Source: a virus
Direction: 5' to 3' (one strand)
Length of the DNA stretch: 64,000 nucleotides
Virus record (IMG/VR): IMGVR_UViG_3300046171_000314
Span: 1 to 64,000 of that record
The position numbers and the translations under genes were made by a program. Below the pieces are notes generated by a model. The model made no database searches. It was not told where the DNA came from and saw only the letters and a list, made by a program, of their open reading frames with translations. Of this stretch, positions 37,906 to 48,642 are shown one piece after another (the stretch's first letter is position 1; each line of letters begins with the position of its first letter).

Positions 37906-38470
37906 AGTTTGGAAACGGAAAAAGGGTACAGACCTCAATGCAAAGTTAAACAACAGCCACCATCATACAGGGGCATTGACCGAGTGTTATTTCAGAGAAC
38001 TTGATGTACAACTCGTCAAGTTCATTGAAGAATCGGACAGTGTTGTTGGGTGCTTTGCTTGGCTCACAAATCAGAAGGTAATGAAAGCCCTTGTGGAAAA
38101 GCCCTGTTGTATGGTTCTCCAAAATGAATCTTGGCTCAATAAGAAAGGAGGTCTTGCTGTCAAGACACGCAATATGTACTCCGAACTCAGAGCAAGCAAA
38201 GATAAGTTCAAGGTCGATGGACAAGACATAGAAAAGGACATCTATGTTTGTGGGATGATTTCACACCCACAGAATATGCACCACAAGTTCGCTGTTCGTA
38301 TTGGGAAAGAGGGCACACCACAATCTGTTTGGACAGGCTCGTTCAATCCAACAACAAACGGAAACCAATCAATTGAAAATGCCCTCGTGATTCACAATGA
38401 GGAAGCGGCAAGGGCATACATACAAGAGTTCTTGCAAGTTCGAGATATCAGCAAACCCCTCAAAATCTAA
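37895..38470 (+). CDS. phospholipase D-like (single HKD-type) nuclease
   Basis: AWLT; MHHKFAV; WTGSFNPT; ENALVI; the canonical Asp of HxKxxxxD is not conserved. Confidence 0.75.
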   Translation: MARKVWKRKKGTDLNAKLNNSHHHTGALTECYFRELDVQLVKFIEESDSVVGCFAWLTNQKVMKALVEKPCCMVLQNESWLNKKGGLAVKTRNMYSELRASKDKFKVDGQDIEKDIYVCGMISHPQNMHHKFAVRIGKEGTPQSVWTGSFNPTTNGNQSIENALVIHNEEAARAYIQEFLQVRDISKPLKI

Positions 38471-38973
38471 GAGTTGGGGTTCGGGTTCTCCGCCACCATC
38501 TTCTTGGCTATCTCTTTGAGTTTCTTTTCTTGCTGTTGCTCTCGGATAATAAGAAGGATCTCGTCTGTGTCTTTGTCGATCTCAACCAATGTTGTTTGGA
38601 TAGATTTTTCAACTCTATCAAGACCACTCTTTACATCATCTACGGTATCCCCAACCTCTGTTATTCGGATAATGGAGGATGACTCCATTCCCTCCAACCG
38701 TTGAACGGAATCGGTCAAGCCTTTGATGGCATCTTTGAGTTCTATCAAAAGAGTGTCTTTTTGGGTTTGGTATGTTTGTATGACTTTATCATACCTAGCC
38801 CTAATCATCTCTTCGTTGTCTTTATTATCCTTTCGCAACTTTTCAATACTTTCAAGAAACTTATCTTGCAGAGCATCCATCCGCTTTGTTCCTTGCAAGT
38901 AGTTCCAAATCATAAAAGCGAGGAACAGACCTGCCATTCCGTAATCAATTAATGCTGTGAACACTGAATCCAT
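38467..38973 (-). CDS. membrane-anchored coiled-coil protein (BhlA/holin-like N-terminus)
   Basis: LIDYGMAGLFLAFMIW TM followed by a coiled coil; class C motif at 39004-39016. Confidence 0.55.
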   Translation of the reverse strand: MDSVFTALIDYGMAGLFLAFMIWNYLQGTKRMDALQDKFLESIEKLRKDNKDNEEMIRARYDKVIQTYQTQKDTLLIELKDAIKGLTDSVQRLEGMESSSIIRITEVGDTVDDVKSGLDRVEKSIQTTLVEIDKDTDEILLIIREQQQEKKLKEIAKKMVAENPNPNS

Positions 38974-39122
38974 AATGAACCTCCAATACATAGAGGTCAT
39001 CTATATAAATAGATTATCCACAATAACACGTACAAGAGCAAAGGGGAGTTTATACAAAGTTCGGTTATGGTCTATGGTTTGTGTTGAGAAATCTCAATCA
39101 ATATTTTTTTATATTTTGGTGA

Positions 39123-40047
39123 CTACCTTGCCAAGTCAATTTTTATAGCATCAGGAGCAATCTTTTTGGCGGCTTTCAGAACACCAATCACTGCATCATC
39201 ATACTCATATCCATAGGTCTTACAGAAAGCGAAGTCTTGTATTCCTTTTGAGAGATAAAAGTCTTCTCCAACATCTCCCAAAGAACCATTAAACAAAATA
39301 TAGTCATTTTTCAATTCGGGCTTGCCTTTTCCATTTCTGCCTCCAACCCAAAAGTCACCTCCATCAAAGGTGAGGATAGTCTTGGCTTCACGAAGAATTT
39401 TACTCCACTCTTTATCTGAGAAATCCCTACTCATATTCCAATAGTGCGTTCGACCTGCGGTGAGGTATCTTTGGGCAACACGATAAGAAGAAGGCTTCTT
39501 TGATGCCAATCGTATTTGAGGGGGCATTACTTGCACACCTCTCTGACTAATCTCAGGAGAAATCACACAAGCAGGTCTTCGAACCAAGTAGTTGGGGCCA
39601 CTTCTCATACCAAACCTTGTAAAACTGTTCCACAGACATAACACGAGTTGTTTCCATTGGGTTGGGCATATTCGGGTCTGCGATAGACACTTGTGTCAGG
39701 TCGTTAGACACAGAGTACACGACACTTGCGTGCGACCAATCACGACCTTCAGGGTTATAGGCAATGATTACAGGAAGCCCTCTGCTAGTCCATTCCTTCA
39801 ACTGCTCAATGTTGCAAGGGGCTGTCAGGGTGGCTCTCTTACCAAAGTGTTGTGTGGCGGCTACAACCTGCTCCCAAGTTGCCCCTTGCATAGGGCGAGC
39901 ACCCATCACTTTATTGACTTCTTCCTCTGTGAGATCCATACCAAGAGCATTAAGGCACATCATAAGCGAGCAAGGAACACAGGTATATTGGGTTCTTTGT
40001 CTTACAGGTGTCACCAAAGCCTCAGTTATGTAAGATTGAAATTCCAT
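39123..40047 (-). CDS. C39-like cysteine peptidase fused via an RVA tag to a conserved THYW...FCKT domain (frameshift at ~39594-39597)
   Basis: QRTQYTCVPC...HASVV...IADP catalytic C/H/D; removing one C in TGGCCCCAA gives KWPNYLVRRPA...RVAQRYLTAGRTHYW; class C motif at 40082-40094. Confidence 0.7.
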
Positions 40048-40091
40048 AAAGCACCTCATATATTGTCTGTGGTGCGGATAATATAAAGCAA

Positions 40092-40277
40092 TTATTGCAT
40101 TTCTTGGATCTGTACAATTGCTTCTGTTGTGCCTGCCCAAAATCCATTTATGTAGGCAAGTCGATAAATTTCCTCTTGAGATAGGTTAGGAGGCAATCTT
40201 TCTATATCTTTGGAGAAGTCCTTTCTCTTTAATGTTTTTCCTAGTTTTTCTCTTAGCAGACTAATGAATTTTTTCAT
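40092..40277 (-). CDS. hypothetical protein
   Basis: GGAGG RBS. Confidence 0.5.
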   Translation of the reverse strand: MKKFISLLREKLGKTLKRKDFSKDIERLPPNLSQEEIYRLAYINGFWAGTTEAIVQIQEMQ

Positions 40278-40303
40278 AATAACCCTCCGAAGTGGTCTTG
40301 AAC

Positions 40304-40669
40304 TTACCGACCACTTTCAAATTCTTGATCGAAAGCCTTGACTAGCAAAGGAGTCATATTCTCAATCCCTTTTAGAACCATCGTGTTTATGGCTGTGTAA
40401 ACCTTGTCTTTCAAAGAATCTTGTTCGAGAGGGCTTCCTTGAGAGATTGTTGAGAAAATGGCTAGATAAAGTTCTCTCTTAACCCCCTCATTCAACAGAG
40501 CACTTGCCACCTGCTCCATTCCTCCTGTGTCCCAATTTTCAAGAATGGTCTCATCTTCTTTTGTCTCAGGGTAGTGGTGTGTCATTATTCCCTTCTTTGT
40601 TTTACACACCTCGACACGAATATGGGCAAGAGCATATTCGTCGTGTACTCCGTGTTTTTTATCTAACAT
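40304..40669 (-). CDS. hypothetical protein
   Basis: GAGGTG RBS before ATG 40669. Confidence 0.6.
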   Translation of the reverse strand: MLDKKHGVHDEYALAHIRVEVCKTKKGIMTHHYPETKEDETILENWDTGGMEQVASALLNEGVKRELYLAIFSTISQGSPLEQDSLKDKVYTAINTMVLKGIENMTPLLVKAFDQEFESGR

Positions 40670-40719
40670 TTTATCACCTCTATTTTTATATGAACCACAA
40701 TACCCAACATAGGGTTGAA

Positions 40720-40732
40720 TAATTTGCCTATA
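40720..40732 (+). promoter_or_regulatory. class C promoter motif
   Basis: TAAT-TTGCC-TATA. Confidence 0.65.
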
Positions 40733-40760
40733 CTTAAGGATTTGCAAAAACGGACAAGTA

Positions 40761-43382
40761 ATGACTCCTTCTGAAATAGCAGAAATCTCTAAGTATATGA
40801 CTATTTGGTTCAAGAAAACCCCGATGGGGTATTCTGATTTCAGGGAAGTTCCCACTAAATATGCTTTGGATATTTTTGATAAGATTAAGAAAGGCTCTGC
40901 CTACGATGTCGTTATTGATGAAGAGTTTGGAAAGGGGTTTTCGGAATACTTAAGAGAAGCAATGAAAACTATTGAAGAAATCCCAAAGCAGGCTTCTATT
41001 GATAAGTTTGGTTGAGGCGAGCAAGAACATCACGAGTTGCGTGATAATGGTGAATGGGAACATTACTTTGAAGATTGGGAAAAAGAATTAGGAATACAGG
41101 ATATGCGAAAACAAGCAAGCAGCGATGAAAAGGAACTTCGGAATATTTTCCGTTTGTTGCAACAACAGTTCGGCTCTGCCAATCGATGGAATCAATCGGG
41201 CTTTGAAGATCAATATGTTTCTATCGAAAAAGGAATACTACTGTTCTCTTACACAACAGGTCTTCGTGGAGAGGACTTAGATAACTCCGACTTAGAAGAT
41301 GATATCCGAATAGACAATAAAAAACAGGTCGAAAAGTTTTTGAAGTCAAAGGGCTATGACTTTGTTCTTGAATGCACAAACCCTTATTGTGATACCTTCA
41401 TGCTGACCTTGAAAGGCAAAGAGTGGATGAAAAAATACAACCCCAAGTATGCCAAGCAAGCAAAAGATGAGTGTTCCGACAAGAATAAAACAATGGAATA
41501 TGTCAAATGCCGAGCCGAGAAGATGGAGAAGGAACAAGGGTATCCTGTAGATAAAGCCTTCGCTACCGCTTGGTCAATCGCCTGTAAGCACAAGAAACTG
41601 CCTGACTCAAAAGAACACTGTCAAAAGAAACCTTCTGAATACTTTCCTAAAAAGAAAAAAGCATCCAATGGAGAAATCAATATGAAAAAATTAACTGCCA
41701 ACGACTTGATGTCCTCTGAGGACTATCAAGAAATACTCGCTGAAGAAATGACAGCACGGTTTGAAAAAGGTAAGCCTGCCGACCCAACTGAAAATATGTC
41801 TCCCGAACAAAAAGAAGAGTGGGAAGCCCAAAAGGAAAAGAACAAAGACAACTTCAAGAAGGCAGGCAAAGGTTTGTCCGAGAACGAGATGTTAGATCTC
41901 CTTGATGAATTGGGGTACTCCACAGAAGATTTTGAAGATGATGCCAAACTCCTTAGAGAGTATGCTTCTAATGAAGGGTATGAACAAAAGGGAGACAAGT
42001 TCCATAAAATCAAAGGCAAGAAAGCCGATGACTTGATGTCCGCAGAAGATTTTGAAGAAGTGCTTGCAGGGCATACTCCTGAGTCGTTCAAGAAAATGAT
42101 GAAAGATAATCCTGAACTTGCAAAGAAGTTTAAAGATGAAGAAGTCAATAAAGACAATTACGAAGAAAAATTGAAAGGCAAGAAAGCAGGACAATCTGTT
42201 CGTGAAAGTGAGATGGATATCGGTACTGTTTATGTTGGAACTTTCGGTCACCAAACTTGGCACTTCAAGCCCACCGCTGCGGCTGCTAAGAGCGGCAAGG
42301 TCAAAGGGTTGATAATGGGCTATGGGGAGAAGAAACCCAAGACCGCTTTCATTGGAAAGAAGACAGGTTATGATGGGGTCAAGTGGGAAGAAGCAAGTGA
42401 TGTTCCTGCTAAAATGAAATCTGCTGCAAGCATGACACCACAGCAAAAGAATATTCTGAAAACCATTTCTGAACTTGGCAAGAAGACTCCTCTTAGAAAA
42501 GCCTTTAAGTTGGATATCGAATACGCAACCTCTTGGGGCATTTCAGTAACCATTAAAGATGCCATCCCAAAGCATACAGTATCTAAATTAGATATCACCT
42601 ATATGAGCGAACCTGACTTTTTGTACTACACAATCATAGGTGCAAATGAAGAGGAAGAATACATAGAGGTGAGAAAAGCAGGAGCATTGATTGAAGCAGG
42701 GGATATGAGTGCCCTAGCAAATCCGCTTCTAAAAGGACTTAGAAAGTTCCAATCGAGATCTGCTGCCGAAGATATTATGGCAGGACACACGCCTGAATCC
42801 TTTAAGAAATGGTGCAAGGACAATCCTGATGCTTGTGCTGAGTGGGAAGAGAACACCGAGAAATATAAAGATGTCGTGAAAGACCAAAGTAAGAAAGCAT
42901 CTCCTATTGGAAAGGGCAAGATGGGTTATGTCGCCTTTTGGATAAAGGGTCGTGATGGTTCTGACCGAGTTGAAATTATGGCAGACAGTAAGTATGAGGC
43001 ACAACAGTTGGCAGTAGCATACTTTCAAAAAACCACACGCAAAAAAGTGAAAGGCTTTGATATCGCTATTGAACTTGCCGATACCCCTATCTCTACTCAA
43101 CACCTTGCAAACAAGGAAGCAGATTGTGGTTGTGAGGGATACCAAGTGTTCTATGTTCAACCTGAGCAACACGAACACTTTGATGCTTACGAGCCTGAAT
43201 ACTTTGCTCCTGAGCCTGAGCCTTATTCGCCACTAGATATGTCTATGTACGAACAAATGTTGGGCTTGCCTCGATTTGCGACACAACAAAAGATCGCTGA
43301 TGCCGAGCAATTAATAAAAGATAATGATGCCCTGTTGGAAGTGCTAGAAGCACAGACCGACATGATCAATAAACTATTTTAA
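40761..43382 (+). CDS. large modular (polyprotein-like) probable virion protein; in-frame TGA at 41013-41015
   Basis: ORFs 40761..41015 and 41037..43382 are in the same frame; modules are separated by KQA/KKA/KSA/RSA sites; internal repeats AGHTPESFKK x2 and DLMSxEDxxExLA x2. Confidence 0.65.
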
Positions 43383-43395
43383 GAGGATATTATCA

Positions 43396-44313
43396 ATGGC
43401 TGCAAACCCTATGAATACCTTTGCTGACTTAATAGAACTAAGGGCTGCTTTTAATGCGGCTTTTACAGCAACAGACCTTACAAAAGAAACTCTTAAAAAG
43501 TTTGAAGCACTCAGCCTGCCTGCGGATGATAGCACAACCAAAAGATTGGAACTCCAATTGAAAAAGTTTGAAGCGGCTATCAAGAAGGCTCGGAAGGCGA
43601 TGAACACTGCCACAAAAAAGAAAGTTCCTGATGAGTTAGTGAAGTACTTCAAGAAAGAACTCAAGGCTTTGAAGAAAGTTCTTGGTGCAGGAGTTTTCGG
43701 AACACCTGCCTATGGGGTGGTAGCCTTCGGAGGAAGAAAGTTATCCTTTTATATCTCAGTTCCTTTGAAAGACAGTTCCTCTATAAATTTCCAATTGGTT
43801 CTTCAATATGAGGAAGCCAAAGAGGGCTACACAAATTATCGAAGAACTTACATTCCTCCTGTCCCTGCTAAGGTTAAAACTGAGGCTTTTATCTCCTTCG
43901 GCAGCCTTGAGAACACCGCATCTTATGGCAGAGGTTATGTAGATAGCAGCGGACTCCTTGAAAAACTGAAAAATGACAAGTATGTTCATTATCCGAACTT
44001 GGCTCAGATACAACAGCAACTCGATGCAGAGAAAGCAGAATTAGAGAGATTGTCCAACAGGGTCTCCCACCTAGAATTCAGAGACATTGAAGAAAGAAAT
44101 GGAACGTTTGTAGCAGAGTTCGAAACTCGGTACGACCTGCATTGGGAATATGACCAAGAGGGTATGAGCAGAAGAGAATGGGATGATCAAGCCAATGCGT
44201 ATCTTAAAGAGGATGCTGACCGCCTTCACAATATTTTTCCGAAAGACACCTATCGCATACAAGGTGACGTTATGGATAAAGGATACGCATCTTTCTATGT
44301 TCAAAAGAAATAG
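43396..44313 (+). CDS. hypothetical protein
   Basis: GAGG RBS; 305 aa. Confidence 0.7.
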   Translation: MAANPMNTFADLIELRAAFNAAFTATDLTKETLKKFEALSLPADDSTTKRLELQLKKFEAAIKKARKAMNTATKKKVPDELVKYFKKELKALKKVLGAGVFGTPAYGVVAFGGRKLSFYISVPLKDSSSINFQLVLQYEEAKEGYTNYRRTYIPPVPAKVKTEAFISFGSLENTASYGRGYVDSSGLLEKLKNDKYVHYPNLAQIQQQLDAEKAELERLSNRVSHLEFRDIEERNGTFVAEFETRYDLHWEYDQEGMSRREWDDQANAYLKEDADRLHNIFPKDTYRIQGDVMDKGYASFYVQKK

Positions 44314-44322
44314 GAAAAATTT

Positions 44323-45096
44323 ATGCTGTTACCCATTTATGAATATCGGAAAGCCCTAAAACTTGGAAAAGGGCTGCATCGAAAACAAATGCAGGAAGCC
44401 ACAGCGTTGTCCAAAGTCGATCCACAATTAGCACAGGCTATGGTTCAAATGGGCAATGGGGAAACAGACAGGGTTTCTATTGGACAAAAATCAGGAATCA
44501 AGGCATCTCGCCTATTGCCTTCTCAAAGAACTATGAGAATAAAACACGCTGTGGGGATTGCTCTTGGTATGCTCAAATCTAAAAAGATTGGAGGAGGGAT
44601 TGGAGCAATTATCTCAAAAGATGGGCACATTATGGATGGACATCACCGTTGGGCAGCGAGTATTTTAGCGGCAGGTGAGCAAGCAACCGTTGGAGGTTGG
44701 GTGGCAAACTTGGAAGGAAGAAAACTTGTGGCTGTTTTGAACGTTATCACCAAAGGATACTTTGGAAAACGAAATGGAAACAAAGGCACAGGAGACATCA
44801 AAAAATTTACCCCCCAAGAAACAAAAAAAGTTCTACTAGAATATACCACTCAGGGTCGAGGGGGTGCGTATGCTATGTCAGCAGAAGAGATTCAAGATAT
44901 TCTCATAGACTATTTCGGATCTGTTGAAATAGGTATTTCAACAATGTCCTCTAATGCTTCCTACATAACAACAAGCGTTCCAAGTTGGGCACCGGATCGT
45001 ATAGATATGCCTGTAATCGACTCTAATGAAGTTCCTGAAGCAGCGAAATTACTGAACAAGGGTTTGGTTGATTGGAATGAACCTTTTACACAATAA
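44323..45096 (+). CDS. ParB/Srx-like N-terminal domain protein
   Basis: LLPSQ...IISKDGHIMDGHHRWAA. Confidence 0.7.
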   Translation: MLLPIYEYRKALKLGKGLHRKQMQEATALSKVDPQLAQAMVQMGNGETDRVSIGQKSGIKASRLLPSQRTMRIKHAVGIALGMLKSKKIGGGIGAIISKDGHIMDGHHRWAASILAAGEQATVGGWVANLEGRKLVAVLNVITKGYFGKRNGNKGTGDIKKFTPQETKKVLLEYTTQGRGGAYAMSAEEIQDILIDYFGSVEIGISTMSSNASYITTSVPSWAPDRIDMPVIDSNEVPEAAKLLNKGLVDWNEPFTQ

Positions 45097-45114
45097 AAAT
45101 GAATAGGAGAATCT

Positions 45115-45690
45115 ATGAGAAAACGACTTACTTGGAAAAAGAAAGCCACCACCAACACAGATCAGTTTGTTGAAAAACAAGCAGGATCAGGAATGTATGG
45201 CTCAACCAAAGCAATCGAGAGTTCTGTTCTTGCTAGTGTCCGTAAAATACAAAAGAGAGCCGATAAAATCGCAAAGGCGTTGTACAAGAAAAATGCAAAG
45301 ACCGCACAGTTCTTGGCAACACACTCAAAGCGTTCTAAGTCTTCCTCTGCAAAAGTGATTATGGATGCGATGGCGAATCTCGGACCTAAGTTCGCTGCTG
45401 ACAAAACAGCAGGACACGGAATGTATGGATACGAATCGAAAGTAGCCGCACTTTGTCTTGCAGGTTGCACAGAACTTAAGCAATATGTCGGTGAGGTCGT
45501 GTCCGACCTGCACAGAAGAAAAGCCGCAAAGCACGCCAATGTTATGTCCTTCTTGAAAACTCACAAGAAGGAAGCCAAGTGTGATTGTTCTTCAATGATG
45601 CTTTCTTACTACCCTGATGCGAGTACCAAGTTCGCTAGCAACACCCCCAAGACCGTAAGCGATTGGATTAAATGGGAGGATTGGAAATGA
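45115..45690 (+). CDS. probable virion protein with duplicated KxAGxGMYG module
   Basis: KQAGSGMYGS and KTAGHGMYGY repeats; KKKAT and KFAS sites. Confidence 0.65.
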   Translation: MRKRLTWKKKATTNTDQFVEKQAGSGMYGSTKAIESSVLASVRKIQKRADKIAKALYKKNAKTAQFLATHSKRSKSSSAKVIMDAMANLGPKFAADKTAGHGMYGYESKVAALCLAGCTELKQYVGEVVSDLHRRKAAKHANVMSFLKTHKKEAKCDCSSMMLSYYPDASTKFASNTPKTVSDWIKWEDWK

Positions 45691-46265
45691 ATCAAAAAGA
45701 CAAATTACTGACCCTTGCTCGCCATGCCCGTAATAGTCGTGATTGGGAAACCCTTGAACAAGTGAAAATGCTCAATGAAACCTTGAATCTACTCTCCGAA
45801 AATGAAGAGGGTCTTCTTCATTGGGGTGTTTATGCTAAGTGGATAGCCCTTGCTATGAACTCAAACTTTTTCCACCACCTACGAGATTACAAGAAATACA
45901 ACTTGGGTGTGACCTTTTCAAGTGCAGGACAAGTCCTTGTAAGAGAAATTGTAGATCCCGACAAGGCTAAAAAGTTTTATGACTTAGGGTATGACATTAT
46001 CGAACTACAATTTGTTGCTTCCAACGTTATTCCTGAAGAATATCTTAGACGAGATTGGGATGACAAGATACTCGATGAGATAAGCGAAATTGAGAGTAAT
46101 GTAAAAGAAGCGGTCTCTACTTTTATGTCTGATATTGAGCAATTTGCGGAAACCTACGGGTGGATGAAATGTCGGCAAACAAAAATCTATGTTTCTTCTC
46201 GAAGGGAGTATGGCACGAATATAGTTCTCGAAACGGGAATCTCTCTCAAAGAAACCCTCAAATAG
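45687..46265 (+). CDS. QA-helix-tagged hypothetical protein
   Basis: QKDKLLTLAR...DWETLEQVKMLNETLNLL. Confidence 0.7.
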   Translation: MNQKDKLLTLARHARNSRDWETLEQVKMLNETLNLLSENEEGLLHWGVYAKWIALAMNSNFFHHLRDYKKYNLGVTFSSAGQVLVREIVDPDKAKKFYDLGYDIIELQFVASNVIPEEYLRRDWDDKILDEISEIESNVKEAVSTFMSDIEQFAETYGWMKCRQTKIYVSSRREYGTNIVLETGISLKETLK

Positions 46266-46269
46266 GAGA

Positions 46270-46848
46270 TTGGAAGTGAAAAATAAATTAATAGAATTGG
46301 CGAGGGGTGCGAAAGAGCAAAGAGACAAAGGTATCTTGGAGCAAGCACAGATGCTGAATGAGTCTTTGAATCTGTTTTCAGAAGAAGAGAAGATAAAATA
46401 CTTCATTTGGGATGTAGATAAGCAATGGGAAGCCTCAGGGTATCAAAGAAAACTCGAAGCCCTTGCAAAGAAGTTCGCAACAGGAGAAAGGGAGGTCATC
46501 TTTTATGGTGACTATGATAATACAGCAGAATTAGAAATAACTCTGAGACTCTATGATTATGTTCCTGATAAAGTCATTGACACATATATGGAAAATCCCA
46601 AATATGGAATGTATGAACTAGAAGAAACGAAACTTTGGGAGAAGACAGGGGCAAGGTTAAAAAAACAAGCCGAAGGATTTATCAAAGATATTGTTTCGGT
46701 GTTTAGTAATTCCGATCTCTATGATATAAAGTTCAAAGGAAGTAGGATTAGACCACGAAATATCCTTGTAAGGCGTGTCGAAGGATACTATGCAGGAGAT
46801 TATGACGCAGGGCTTTTATTATCTTTCGATATTGAGATTAAGGAATAG
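46270..46848 (+). CDS. QA-helix-tagged hypothetical protein
   Basis: KNKLIELAR...DKGILEQAQMLNESLNLF. Confidence 0.7.
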   Translation: MEVKNKLIELARGAKEQRDKGILEQAQMLNESLNLFSEEEKIKYFIWDVDKQWEASGYQRKLEALAKKFATGEREVIFYGDYDNTAELEITLRLYDYVPDKVIDTYMENPKYGMYELEETKLWEKTGARLKKQAEGFIKDIVSVFSNSDLYDIKFKGSRIRPRNILVRRVEGYYAGDYDAGLLLSFDIEIKE

Positions 46849-47035
46849 GCAGTATCTTCCAAAAGTACTTGGATAGGTTTTGGCTGACAGCATAGGTGTC
46901 CAATATCATATACTCAGGAGGGTTCATTATTTCGATAGTGAACTCTCTATCGTTTTCAGCAAAGACCCTACAAACCATACCCTCTTTGAGGGTTGATCCC
47001 AAGTCTTGCAGTATGACATACACTTTTCCCACCAT
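46838..47035 (-). CDS. small hypothetical protein
   Basis: 65 aa ORF filling the gap. Confidence 0.4.
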   Translation of the reverse strand: MVGKVYVILQDLGSTLKEGMVCRVFAENDREFTIEIMNPPEYMILDTYAVSQNLSKYFWKILPIP

Positions 47036-47088
47036 ATCTATTTTCGGTTATTGTCTTATTATTGGGGGACATATGTGAGAGGTGCATT

Positions 47089-47490
47089 ATGTCAGAAGTC
47101 ATAGACCTAACCCAAATCCTGAGAAGGAAAAAAATGGTGAGATACCTAACTGAAGGTATTCCCCTCGACCTATCCCCTGAGTTACTTGAAGAATTCAAGT
47201 TTCGGTTGGAACACGTCATTTCAGAGAAGGGCTTGTATACAAAGCACAACTATGAGTGCGAAGGGTTCGATGTGGATGAAATCGAAATCTATTTTAGTGA
47301 AGAGTATGAGATCGAAAATCGCTTGATGACCATTGCTTTCATAGATGGGGTGTTGACCTTCTTAATGCCTGATACTCTTGTGGTAGGCACAGAAAATTTT
47401 ACACTATTTGGTCGCATCGCAGTAGCCACCATTAACTGTTGGGAAAGTTTTGAAGAACTAATCAAGTTCATAACACAAGAACTCGATTAG
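47089..47490 (+). CDS. hypothetical protein
   Basis: GAGGTG RBS. Confidence 0.6.
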   Translation: MSEVIDLTQILRRKKMVRYLTEGIPLDLSPELLEEFKFRLEHVISEKGLYTKHNYECEGFDVDEIEIYFSEEYEIENRLMTIAFIDGVLTFLMPDTLVVGTENFTLFGRIAVATINCWESFEELIKFITQELD

Positions 47491-47621
47491 TATCCCCAAA
47501 ACTGTTCATAAGATAAGCCCTTGCAACGCACGAGCAATAATATATAGTCCATCACCGTTTCCCTCCTAGTTGTGAACGGAGGCTATGTTAACACATAAAA
47601 CACAGTTCGTTTGTGACTTGC

Positions 47622-48224
47622 TTATGACCAAAACCAACGAGCCAATAAAATACCTGCTGCTATGTCACTTGGGTAGTGCATACCCCCAACCATTCGAGTG
47701 CGAGAAATAAGAGCGGCTACTCTCATCCACTCATCTGCAAGTTCAGGATACAGGTTCGTGTAGTACAACCTCAACATTTCTGCCTGTGTTGTATGTCCTG
47801 AGGGATAAGACGCTGACCAAGCCGAAATACTATCCATCGGATAAAGTTCGACATCGTAGTAAGAAGCAAGTTGAAAGGGGCGTGCTCTATTGAAAGAGTA
47901 CTTCAAAAAAGCAACCACCTCTGCCACCCTATCACTGATGTTTTCAACCACAGGAATCATTGGGTCTATTTGATACTCGGCACAAACCTCATAGAACATA
48001 GAGGTCAGGTCTTCGTCTGCTTTTACGATGAGGGGTCTCATATAAGGTCGCTCTTCTTCTTGCAGAAGATACAAGTACTCTAATTCGGACAGGGTTTCTT
48101 CTGAACTATTTCGAGGGTGTTCAGGTAGTTGGGGGATATCCATTCCGCTTTCAACAAACTTATCGAGCAGTTCTTCGTGTGAGTCAGAAGGATTCCCATA
48201 GCCCAAGATATCATCGATGTACAT
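47622..48224 (-). CDS. PAP2 / acid phosphatase-haloperoxidase family protein
   Basis: KYSFNRARP; SYPSGH; SRTRMVGGMHYPSD. Confidence 0.85.
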   Translation of the reverse strand: MYIDDILGYGNPSDSHEELLDKFVESGMDIPQLPEHPRNSSEETLSELEYLYLLQEEERPYMRPLIVKADEDLTSMFYEVCAEYQIDPMIPVVENISDRVAEVVAFLKYSFNRARPFQLASYYDVELYPMDSISAWSASYPSGHTTQAEMLRLYYTNLYPELADEWMRVAALISRTRMVGGMHYPSDIAAGILLARWFWS

Positions 48225-48236
48225 TTGCCTCTCCAA

Positions 48237-48266
48237 TAATGCCTCTATAAAAATATAAAAGCATTA
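48237..48266. promoter_or_regulatory. pair of opposed class C motifs
   Basis: TAAT-GCCTC-TATA (+, 48237-48249) and TAAT-GCTTT-TATA (-, 48254-48266) serving divergent genes. Confidence 0.6.
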
Positions 48267-48282
48267 TCGTGGAGGACGTTCT

Positions 48283-48633
48283 ATGAAAAACCCAAGCATA
48301 CAAAGAGTTGCCAACGCATACATCAAAGCCTCTTCTTTTGATATTGAGATGAGTACAGGTATGTGGAGTGATGGACAACAGTTCCTTAAGGCTATCAATA
48401 AAGAACTGAGTGCAGAGGGACTACCTGAGGTGTATCGAGTGGTGATTGACTCTCTGAAGGGATTCAATGGATATGAACTTATTCTTTCTTGGAAGGAGAG
48501 TTACGGTCAAGTAAAGAACACACAAATGTGCAATGTCATAAAGAACTATGCTGAAAAGAAATTTCCCACAAGCCTGTCGGTGCAGCCCTCAAAGATAACA
48601 GGCAGGGCACACTACAAAGTCATTTTGAAATAG
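48283..48633 (+). CDS. RVA-tagged hypothetical protein
   Basis: MKNPSIQRVANAYIKASS. Confidence 0.65.
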   Translation: MKNPSIQRVANAYIKASSFDIEMSTGMWSDGQQFLKAINKELSAEGLPEVYRVVIDSLKGFNGYELILSWKESYGQVKNTQMCNVIKNYAEKKFPTSLSVQPSKITGRAHYKVILK

Positions 48634-48642
48634 GAAAACGCA

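Noticed and set aside
47545-47586. Hairpin TAGTCC...GGCTA as an sRNA
   Set aside because: It is a single imperfect hairpin between convergent genes, with not enough support beyond a possible terminator.
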